Positions 47,171 to 58,690 of a DNA stretch of 64,000 nucleotides are shown in pieces. The position numbers and the translations under genes were made by a program. Positions within the stretch are counted from its first letter, which is position 1, and each line of letters starts with the position of its first letter. This stretch comes from Malacoraja senta (taxonomy: Eukaryota), in assembly GCA_038087875.1 (NCBI GenBank), contig JAXLNO010002774.1, forward strand, positions 124,001 through 188,000. Direction: 5' to 3'. The notes below the pieces were generated by a model. The model was given only the letters and a program-made list of their open reading frames with translations, had not been told where the DNA came from and made no database searches.

Positions 47171-50100
47171 GTTTGATTAGATCAATATGCATTGTATTGT
47201 TTCTCTTCAGCATGTTAAGTGGATGGCAAACTATTTATTAGACGTTTAAATCGTCATTCTGCTGAAAGTATTTCACTCTAAGTATAGGAGCAAGGTCAAT
47301 AGACAATAGGGTCAGGGGTAGGCCATTCGGCCCTTCGAGCCAGCACCGCCATTCACTGTGATCATGGCTGATCATCCACAATCAGTACCATGTTCCTGCC
47401 TTCTCCCCATATCCCCTGACTCCGCTATGTTTAAGAGCCCTATCTTGAAAGTATCCAGAAAACCGGCCTCCACGGCCCTCTGTGGCAGAGAATTCCACAG
47501 ACTCACAACTCTCTGTGTGAAAAAGTGTTTCCTCATCTCCGTTCTAAATGCCTTACCTCTTATTCTTAAACAGTGGCCCTTGGTTCTGGACTCCCCCAAC
47601 ATCGGGAACATGTTTCCTGCCTCTAGCGTGTCCAACACCTTAATAATCTTATATGTTTCAATAAGATGCCCTCTCATCCTTCTAAATTCCAGAGTATACA
47701 AACCCAGCTGCTCCATTCTCTCAGCATTTGACAGTCCCGCCATTCCGGGAATTAACCTTGTGAACCTAAGCTGCACTCCCTCAACAGCAAGAATGTCCTT
47801 CCCCAAATTAGGGGACCAAAATTGCACACAATACTCCAGGTATGGTCTCACTAGGACCCTGTACAACTGCAGAAGGACCTCTTTGCTCCTGTACTCAACT
47901 CCTCTTGTTATGAAGGCCAACATGCTTTCATTGACTGATGAACAAGAACCCACAGATCCCGCTGTACTTCCCCTTTTCCCAACTTGAAACCATTTAGACA
48001 ATAATCTGCCTTCCCGGTTTTACTACCAAAGTGGATAACCTCACATTTATCCACATTACACTGCATCTGCCATGCATCTGCTCACTCGCTCAACCTGTCC
48101 AAGTCACCCTCCATTCACATAGCATCTTCCTCACAGTTCACATTGCCACCCAGCTTTGTGTCATCTGCAAATTTGCTAATGTTACTTTGAATCCCTTCAT
48201 CTAAAATCATTGATGTATATTGTAAATAGCTGCGGTCCCAGCACCGAGCTTCGCGGTACCCCACTAGTCCTACTGCAGTTGTACAGGGCCCTGGTGAGAC
48301 CACAACTGGGGTATTGAGTGCAGTTTTCGTCTCCTAATTTGAGGAAGGGCATTCTTGCGATTGAGGGAGGTCTGCGTAGGTTCACCAGATGAATTTAGAA
48401 TGATGAGAAGAGATCTATAGAAACGTAAAATTCTTAAGCGATTGGACAGGCTATATGCAGGAAAAAATGTACCTGATGTTGGGGGAGTCCAGAACCAGGG
48501 GTCACAGTTTAAGAATAAGGGGTAGCCCATTTAGGACTGAGATGAGGAAAAGCTTTTTTCACCCAGAGAGTTGTGAATCTGTTGAATTCTCTGCCACAGA
48601 AGGCAGTGGAGGCCAATTCACTGTATGTTTTCAAGAGATAGCTCTTTGGGTTAACGGAATCAAGGGATAAGGGGAGAAAGCAGGAACGGGTACTGATTTT
48701 GAATGATCAGCCAATGATATTGAATGGCGGTGCTGGCTCGAAGGGCCGAATGGCCTATTCCTGCACGTATTTTCTATGTTACTGTTTCTCTACCGTGGCA
48801 CGGTGGCGCAGGGGTAGAGTTGCAGCCTAACACCACTTACAGCGTCGGAGACCCGGGTTCGATCCCGACTACGGGAGCTGTGTGCACGGGGTTTGTACAT
48901 TCTCCCCATGACCGCTTGGGTTTTCTTCGAGATCTTCGGTTTCCTCCCACACTCCAAAGCTGAATCCCACCCTCTGGCTATAGAAGTTCCTCCTCATCTC
49001 CATTCTGCACGTACGCCCTTTTATTCTGAGGCTTGCCCTCTGGTCCTAGACTCTCCCCCTAGTCGAAACATCCTCTCCACGTTCACTCTATCCAGGCCTT
49101 TCGGTATGTTTCCATGAGGTTCCCCCTCATCCTTCTACACTCGAGTACAGACCCAGTAGATGGGACATGTGGGCTGGTAGGACCAACTTGGGCCGAAGGG
49201 CCTGTTTCCGTGCTTTATGGCTCAATGGCTCCAGAGATGCTGCCCGACCTGCTAAGTTCCCAGTATTTTCATGTTCATGTTCATGTGCTAGGAGAAGAAT
49301 TAGGCCATTCGGCCCATCGCCGTTCAATCATGGCTGATCTATTTCCCTCCTAACCCTATTCTCCTGCCTTCTCCCCATAACCTCTGACACACATACTAAC
49401 TGAGAATCTATCTATCTCTGCCTTAAAAATATCCATTGACGGCCTCCACAGCCCCCTGAGGCAATGAATTCCACAGATTCATCATCCTCTGACTAAAGAA
49501 ATTCATCCTCATCTTCTTAAAGGAACATTCTTTAGTCTCCCACTAGCGGCAACATCCTCTCTACATCCGCTCTATTCAGGCCTTTCACTATTCGGTAAGT
49601 TAAGTTACACAAATTAATCAAAAGGACATAGAAACCTAGAAAATGGGTGCAGGAGTAGGCCATTCGGCCCTTCGAGGCAGCACCGCCATTCAATATGATC
49701 ATGGCTGATCATCCAAAATCAGTACCCCGTTCCTGCTGTCTCCCCATATCCCTTGATTCCGTTATTCCTAAGAGCTATATCTAATTCTCAGAAGATAGAC
49801 ACAGAAAGTTGGGGTAACTCAGTGGGCCAGGCAGCAACTCTGGAGAGAAGGAATGGGTGACGTTTCGGGTCGAGACCCTTCTTCTAACTCTCTCTTGAAA
49901 ACATCCAGTAAATTGGCCTCCACTGCCTTCTGTGGCAGAGAATTCCATAAATTCACAACTCTCTGGGTGAACAGGTTTATCCTCATCTCGGTGACGCTCA
50001 GGATAGTGTGTAAGAAAGAACTGCAGATGCTGGAAAAAATGAAGGTAGACAAAAATGCTGGAGAAACTGAGCGGGTGAGGCAGCATCTATGGAGCGAAGG

Positions 50101-51120
50101 AATAGGTGGCGTTACAACCCAATGGTATGAACATTGACTTCTCCAAGTTCATGTAGTCCTTGCTTTCTCCCTCCTTCCCCCTCCCACTTCCCAGCTCTCC
50201 CTCAGCCCACTGTCTCCGCCTCTTCCTTTCTTCTTCCCGCCCCCGCATCAGTCTGAAGAAGGGCCTCGACCTGAAACGTTGCCTATTTCCTTCGCTCCAT
50301 AGATGCTGCCTCACCCGCTGAGTTTCTCCAGCATTTTTGTCTACTCAGAATAGTGGCATTGGTTGGTGGGGAGACAAAGCAAGGGTTACTTAAAGTTGAA
50401 GAAACCTACATTTACAAGCCAGCTTGCTGCATCTGGTGTGCACCGCGTTTGTGGCCACGTACATTCCAATCTCAGGTGTGGAGATCACTGGAGAATAAAT
50501 AGTCTTTCTCTGCAGATATCGCCTCTGGTTTGGGAGTCGATTATTGTGTTTACTGAAAGGAGTCTCGGTACATCTCAGATCCTAGCGCGGGAGGGTGTCG
50601 GTCCATTGAGGTTCTGTTTCTGCACTCAGCACTGATTGTGCCTGGGGAAGCTCCAAGCAAGACCATTCGTCCCGTCGCCAATGCTGCAATCCCCTTACAG
50701 AGGCAGACGGTTGCTATCTCGATCGGTGAGTGATGCAGGTTCGTGTCCCAGGAATGGAAAAGAAACCAAACATGTGGGAATCTTCAGCTAAAGAGTCTCG
50801 ACCCCCCCCCCCCACCTCACCTTAAACCTATAATGTCTATAAAGACTATAACTGACAGGAGCAGAATTAGGTCATTCGGACCATCAAGTCTACTTCGCCA
50901 TTCAATCTATCTCTCCCTCCTAACCCCATTGCTTACCATCCCTCCCTCCTTCCCAGTTCTCCGACCAGTCTCACTGTCCCCGTTTACATTTTATCTCTGC
51001 CTTGGTGTCACTGGCTAACAACGATCTATTCTACATGTTCCATGATCTCCATCCCCGTTGTCTCGTTGTCACACCTTAACCTTCCTTATCTCTGTGTCTC
51101 CCTCTCCCCTGACTCTCAGT

Positions 51121-51148
51121 CTGAAGAAGGGTCTCGACCCGAAACGTC
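51121..51148 (+). ncRNA. Minimal hammerhead-ribozyme-like motif
   Basis: CTGAAGA A GGGT CTCG ACCC GAAAC GTC. Confidence 0.5.
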
Positions 51149-51842
51149 TCCCGTTCCTTCGATCCAGAGATGCTGCTTGTCCCGCTGAGTTACTCCAGCT
51201 TTTTGTGTCCATCTTCGGTTTAAACTAGCATCGACAGTTCCTTCCTGCACCTTTATAGGTGTATATGGGTTAGCACGGGTGTCAGGGGTGATGGGGAGAA
51301 GGCAGGAGAATGAGGTTAGGAGGGAGAGATAGATTGAATGGCTAAGTAGACTTGATTGTCCGAATGACCTAATTCTGCTCCTGTCAGTTATAGTCTTTAG
51401 AGACATTATAGGTTTAAGTTGAGGGGGGGGGGTCGAGACTCGTTAGCTGAAGATTCCCACATGTTTCGTTTCTTTTCCATTCATGGGGGTGGTGTTTAAT
51501 GGGAGATTAAGAGGGGGGAGTGATTTAATGGGAACCTGAGGGGTAACATTTTCATACAAAGGGTGGTGGGTGTATGGAACGAGCTAAGCAACATTTAGAC
51601 GGGTACATGGATAGGACAGGTTTGTGGGGATATGGACCAAACGCGGGCAGGTGGGATTATTGTAGATGGGACATGTTAGCCGGTGTGGGCAAGTTGGGCC
51701 GAAGGGCCTGTTTCCAGGCTGTAAAATTCTATTACTCTATGACCCGAAATGTCGGCTGTCCATTTCCAGATACTGCAAGTTCCTCCAACACTTTGTGTTC
51801 TGCTCATGTATCCGGGTATCTGTACAGTGGGGGGTGTATCCA

Positions 51843-51876
<34 letters not shown>

Positions 51877-51992
51877 GTTTTACTGCTAAAGGTAGGGGTT
51901 CATCCTGACCACAGCACTAACAATGGACCTTTGCCTCAGTGTACAGTAACTCCACAGTGTCATGATCTTTGCACCATGATTAGCTGCACATT

Positions 51993-52270
51993 TTTAGTTT
52001 AGTTTAGACATACAGCGCGGAAACGGGCCCTTCGGCCCGCCAACCAGTGATCACCCTGTACACTAAGGACAATTTGCAATTTTTAATTAAGCCAATTAAC
52101 CTACAAACCCGCACGTCTTAGGAGTGTGGGAGGAAACCGTAGCACCCGGAGAAAACCCACAGGTCACAGGGAGAACTCCGTACAGACAGCACCCGTAGTT
52201 GGGATCGAACCCGGGTCTGTGGCGCTGTAATGCAGCAACTCTACCGTTACACCACTGTGTAGTTGCCGCC
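51993..52270 (-). mobile_element. tRNA-derived SINE (mirror of 27153-27430)
   Basis: A/B boxes and CTAAA tail on the minus strand. Confidence 0.8.
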
Positions 52271-52847
52271 ACTAGACCACGCACTTTATACTATAAAACG
52301 CAACACGCCTTCAATACTTGCTTTACCTGATTATAGCATGAAACAGCAGGGCTTTCAGCGGTGAGGGTACATGTTATGCGTAGGCAGGAACTGCAGATGC
52401 TGGTTTAAACACAAAAAGCTGGAGTAATTCAGCGGGTCAGGCAGCATCTCTAGAGAGAGGGAATGGATGGCGTTTCGGGTCGAGGCCCTTCTTCAGTACT
52501 TTCAATAGATTTCGCTTTGTTTTCGAAATCCAAAAAAATCCCCGCTCCAGTTAAAATACAGCCCCGCTTCGGCCTCTGCGTTTGTCGCTTCGGATGCACG
52601 TTTCCTATTTAGTAACAGATCTCCGGATGGGTGAGGGGAGATATTGATTTATAACGGTGATATATCGGACACGCAAGGAGACCGTGATTCATGGCACGCG
52701 GAACCGGGGGGGGGGGGTGGTGAGGGGGCTGCAGCACCCCCACTTATTTTGGCTAGACATGTTTCTATGGCTCCGGCTTTGGACGAGGCGCTGCTGTGCT
52801 CTGAGCGACCCGGTCTTGGGTGTTGGAGAGCCGGGGCGGAGGGAGGG

Positions 52848-53090
52848 ATGGAAGCAAAAGCAGCGGCGGGGGCAGATGCGGACGTGGAGCCGGGGCTGGC
52901 GAGTGTTTGCTGGCCTGGCGAGTCGCTCGCTGCAGCTCCGGCCATGGAGCAGCCTCAGTGCAAGAGTCCCGGGCCGACGGAAGCGTTGCGCCGCTGCCGT
53001 GGGAGTCACTGTGCCGAATTCGTCCTGGTGACCGGCATGGACCAGGCTGCGGCTCGGTGCATCCTGGAGGACAACCAGTGGCTGCTGGAA
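52848..53090 (+). pseudogene. TDP2: Orphan TDP2-like exon 1, right arm
   Basis: 81 codons, MEAKAAAG...CAEFVLVTGMDQAAARCILEDNQWLLE|gtaggt. Confidence 0.7.
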
Positions 53091-55500
53091 GTAGGTACCA
53101 AGCACTGGGTAGAAGCGGTCTTTAAATGGGGGCTGGTTGCAGAAAGCATCCTGCTTGCCTGCTAGATTTTCACTTACTGTAACTGCAGGAAACATGTTCC
53201 CGATGTTGGGGGAGTCCAGAACCAGGGGTCACAGTTTAAGAATAAGGGGTCGGCCATTTAGGACTGAGATGAGGACAAACTTTCTTCACCCAGAGCGTTG
53301 TGAATCTGTGGAATTCTCTGCCACAGAAGGCAGTGGAGGCCAATTCACTACATGTTTTCAAGAGAGTTACATTTAGCTCTTGGGGCTAAAGGAATCAAGG
53401 GATATGGAGAAAAAACAGGAAAGGGGCACTAATTGTAGATGAACAGTCATGATCATATTGAATGGCAGTGCGGGCTCGAAGGACCTAATGGCCTATTCCT
53501 GTACCTATTTTCTATGTTTCTATGCTTGAGTACATGGCAATAAAACTCGACCACTTGAATTTTCAAGCATTCATGCATGGTGGAGGTATAATGTAGTCAT
53601 AGAGTGATACAGTGTGAAAACAGGCCCTTCGGCCCAAATTGCCACACCTGCCAACATGTCTCAGCTACACTACCTGCTTTTGGTCCATATCCTTCCAAAC
53701 CTGTCCTATCCATGTTTCAGTCTAACTGTTTCTTAAATGTTGGGATAGTCCCTGCCTCAACTATCTCCTCTGGCAGCTTGTTCCATACACTCACCACCCT
53801 TTGTGTGGAAAACGTTACCCCTCAGTTTCCTATGAAATCTTTTCCGCTTCACCTAAATCTGTCCTCTGGTCCTCGATTCACCTACTCTGGGCACGAGACT
53901 CAGTGCATTGAAATGTATATTTTTAATGCTTTTTAGATTCCTCGAAAGTCTTACTTTTAATAAAGTAATGTTTCCACAAACATATACCCCCTTTATTAAT
54001 GTCATAGTTTGATGATTCTAAATTCAAATCAAAATGAAATATACGTCAAAAGGAGAACGCATACTTTCCAAAGACTCTGATTCCCCCCCCCCCCGAGCAA
54101 AACATAATTTGTATCACTATGCAAAATGAAGAAATGTTATGATTATTTCTTGTCCCTTTTTCCAACTAAAACAAATAAAAAAGCACTTGAAATTATAACA
54201 CATGTAAACGTTTTTTTGTCAAATTTTCTGTACAGTGGAAGGCACTGGCATCAATCCGGGGGGGGAGGGGGGTGGGGGGATGTATCCCCCCACTTTTTCA
54301 GGAGGGGGTGGCCTGTATCATTATCCCCCGGTTTTTGGAGGTCGACCAATAACATAAATAATAATCACCTGCTCCTATCTCTCATGTAGGCCCTACATTA
54401 TCTTAAAACTACTTCAAACAAAAAAACATTGAAAGCATACTTCTACAATGCACTAAAACAAGATTTTAATACATCAAATTTCAAAAAGTCCCCACTGTGG
54501 GGGGGGGGCGCCCTCCCCCCACTCGTTCGCTCCATTCCCTCGCTAGGTACCCCCAAGGCCAGTGATCAGTGACCGCTCAGCCCCCCCCCCCCACTTTCAA
54601 AAACGCTCCGCGGCCCCTGATAACGAGTGGATACATTTCCTTCCTATTCCAAGTTCTTCTCCAGCCCGGAAGAGATACCTTAAATAAAATAAAACACAAT
54701 GTGCTGGAATAACTCAGCGGGTCAGGCAGTTGGACTGGAGGACATGGATAGACTACGTTTCGGGTCACCATCCTTCTTTGGGTGTTGCCTGATCCGCTGA
54801 GTTACTACATCACTTTGTGTTTTGCTCATGACTCCGGCATCTGTTGTTTCCTTTTTTCTCCAGAGATATCTTTAATTGTAGCATGGTGTCGGAGCTCCCT
54901 GTCTCTGCTGCAGAGAGCAGCGTCTGTTCCCTTGATCATGCCAACCTCTGTGGCTACTGCATTACTCTTTTCGCCCTGTACTTGAATGGTCGCATGTGTC
55001 ATGGACAGTGTGCACATACTGTTGCCCTCGCTCTTATCCAAACATGAGTAAGAACAGTGTACCTGAGGGACGAGCATTCTCCAACGACCCTCTGCATCTC
55101 TCCACCTGGTTCTTTATCTGTCGTACCATCCTGTTCCCCCACTGATCCTTCGCCCTTCTTTGAATCATATTATCCCTGTTTTCACCAGCTTATTTCACAG
55201 CTCTGGTTCTTCAGGAAATTGTTATATCTGCTTAATTTACAGCTATTTTCACCATAATTCTCATTTAATGTAGTATTTCAGAGAAATCACATGATTTATT
55301 TTGCTAGTGGAGAGAAATCAACAACCAGACACTGGTATTGAGGGCGTCAAGCGTTTTATTTCATTTTATGAATCGTTTATTATTTGATTACTGCACAACT
55401 ACAAAGTAACGCAGGGGAAGAGATTACTTGGTTCTGGAAGAAATGTGTAGTTCGGGTCTGCATTTCATCTTCTGTTTCCCTCTTTTGACTCCTTCGGGCA

Positions 55501-55752
55501 CCTCTCCCATTGCCCCACTCTGTCAGCTCTCCCATTACCCCACTCTGTCACCTCTCCCATTGCCCCACTCTGTCACATGTCCCATTGCCCCACTCTGTCA
55601 CATGTCCCATTGCCCCACTCTGTCACCTCTCCCATTGCCCCACTCTGTCACATATCCCATTGCCCCACTCTGTCACCTCTCCCATTATCCCACTCTGTCA
55701 CATATCCCATTGCCCCACCCTGTCACCTCTCCCATTGCCCCACTCTCTGTCA
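55501..55752 (-). repeat. 25-bp minisatellite, ~10 units (mirror)
   Basis: Units CCTCTCCCATTGCCCCACTCTGTCA with CATGTC/CATATC variants. Confidence 0.95.
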
Positions 55753-58690
55753 CATGTCCCATTTCCTCACTCTCTGTTGCCTCTCCCATTGCCCCACTTC
55801 ATGTTGCCGTTATCCTCCTCTGTTAGCGTCACCACATCCCTGTCTCTTTCGATCACCTCTAGCCCCCCCCCCTCCATGATCTCTCTACCACTTTCTCTGC
55901 TCCTCTCCATTACCTCTCTCTGTTTTTTACTCTGCTCACTTCTTTTCATCACCATCGCATTCCTCTCTCCCCGGTGGCTCTGCCTACTTTCTGTCATCTC
56001 TCACCCTCTCGTTGTCTCTCTCCATCGTCTTTCCTCCTCACCAACACTTCCCTCTTTCCCTAATGTTTCTCCCATTCTCTGACGCATGTGGTTCCAACGT
56101 CTCTCTCTCTCTCCGACTCCTTTCCCGCTATTCCTGTCTAATATCCTCTGCTGTTGAGTTGTTTACCCTTCTTCATTTCACCATCAAATTTTTCTCCTTC
56201 TGTTGTCATTCTTTCTGTCTCCGTTTCCTCGTCACCTTTCCCTTAGTGGTATTCCCTGATGGATACACTTACGTTGTTCTGCCTCCCAGTGGTCAGATAT
56301 CCTGGTCAATACTCAATAGGGTGTGTTGATTTGTAGCTTCTGATGAGCCTATTCATTTGTCCCAGAACAAGAACCTAACTTCCCAACGAATCATCAAAGT
56401 TTGCATACACGGTTCATTAATCAAACCCAGCGCATCTATAATTGTTAATTTAAAAAATAGCTTATTAGTATTAATCCATATATTCATTACAATGCACTGT
56501 CTACCAGGTATACATTCTTGAATATGCAGTAGCATCAACGTAAGATCAATGGTCCATTGAAAAATTACACATAACTTTTGAAAGGATAATGTCGAACAAT
56601 AACTGCTGGAGTAACTCAGCAGGTCAAAAGCATCCCTGTGGACATGTCTTCTGGAGATGCTACCTGAACAGCTGGATTACCCCGGCACTTTGTTCTTTTA
56701 AAAAAAGTATCCAATTGCTTTTGGAAAAGACGTTTATCCTATTGCTTTTGGAAGACAAAAGTTGTCAAGGAATGAATAAAAGGGGGAATATGGAATTAAA
56801 AAATGAGTATTGGACGTAATAAGTAAAACATGCTTATAAAGCAAATGGGGGGCAGAAAGTATCACTGCAGACATGATTAAGAATAAGACCAAAGCATTTT
56901 AAATGTAGCCAGCAAATGCATAGGACGATTTATGATCAGACAACCATGACCAATGTTGTGCCAGAGAGGTTGGTGATGGGGCCTGACTGTTGAAAAGAAG
57001 AATGATTTTTATCTCATACAGAAGTCTGATTAGTAAGTTTTAAGATTACATGAAAATTGATATATGAGACTACTTGATATATTGTTCATTTGGTGAAATG
57101 GACAGAGGGATGGCAGGTGGGAGTCACTACCGATATGAAATATGATGTAGGAGGACAAACAAGGCTGGGATTTTCAAAATGTATGAAGTGCAATCTGGAC
57201 TAGGAGGAACTCCATTCTGATATTGCAGGACTTGCGGCTAGGCATGTGCCACAGCAGGGCAGGGAGGAGTCAATGTGGTGACACAGTCCCGTTAACAGCT
57301 GGGACACAGAAACTCTGCCTCAGTTGCTGGCGAATCGATGGGCAGGATGTGCATCAGGCAGCGGGGAAAATAAGCTCGTACCCTGTCGCTGAGTGCAAGA
57401 GGGATTCTGAGCCTGTTCACAAGGGGGCTCAGATGTCCTTCCCCATACTCCCTCGTTACCCAGTACCTGAATTTCACAGATGCTTTTATCCCCGGTCCCG
57501 AAGGTAGAACGAGACCTAGGTAATATAATAAACATGGAACCGGAAGCTCACATCAAGGTGAAGGTCAAGCTGGAGAACGGGTCTGGTGCAATCTGGGATA
57601 GTCACAGCACGGCAGAAGGCCATTCAGTCCATCGTGTCTTTGGAAGGCAGTCTAGCTCGCCCAGCAAATATTTGCCTTTAACCAGTTCCACAGCTCCCTG
57701 TAAACACTACCATGGAATCTGCTCTGGATCACATTCCAATGACGGCAATACTGAGCAGCTATCTCCCAGCTCTAGTTCCCAGATGTCTGGTGCCCTGTGG
57801 TCCCTCTTGCAGATGGTTTCATGTGCAGGTGGGGGTATTTGGTTAGCTTTGGCCTGAGGCTCCTTCTTCATGGAGAAGGTCCATTGGCCATCGGGTGATG
57901 GTGTCCAGGATATGGAAGGCACTCTCCGTGTGCCTACCCTGAGTGGTAGGCACACGGAGAGTGAAGGAGGTTGTTCTCTGATGTGATGCTCCATTTCATT
58001 TGGTCCTTCTCGGACTCTTGATGAGACCCACTTCTCAACGTGCCTAGGAATATGTGTCTGTGAGCTGGAGGAGTTCCTGTGTGTGTGTTGCTGTCTCAGT
58101 GGCGACAGAGGTCGAGTCCTGATGAGGTCGATGCGCACTCTGTATCTTGTCCTGAGGCTGGGGGGGGGGAGGGGTAGAACAGTTTCCATGACATTGTCTA
58201 TAACTACTTTACCCCCCAGAAGCCCGTGACTCGGACTCTGGCGATGACCAGGGAGAGACACAGAGCTGACAGAAAGATTCCCCTCCTCCGAAGCGGGTGG
58301 GAAATGTGCCGTCTGACCTGACAGACAGAGTGGGGTTTGGGGAAGAAGGTTATGAACTGGTGCAGGGGGGCGCCCATCTAGTGAAGAATTGGGCGCCGTG
58401 ATTTAGGTGAGCTTTCCGCGCGGCAACATGAACATGGAACTGGAAGGGGTGTGGATAGATTCGTTAGGCTCTCATGAGGTACTGACGTGGTACTTGACGA
58501 GTAGCAGGGTGAAGGGAGTGGAAGCTAGCTGGTGAGGGTGGGGCAGCATTGAGGAATCAAGGTGTGGTGTGAAAGGCTGTGGGAAGGCGAGGCAGCTGTA
58601 GAAGGGGGAATTAGAAGAATGGATTGTTTCTGGACTGAGTGAAACATTTGCACCCTCTATTTGGGATGAGTTGGAATGGTTATCATCTAC

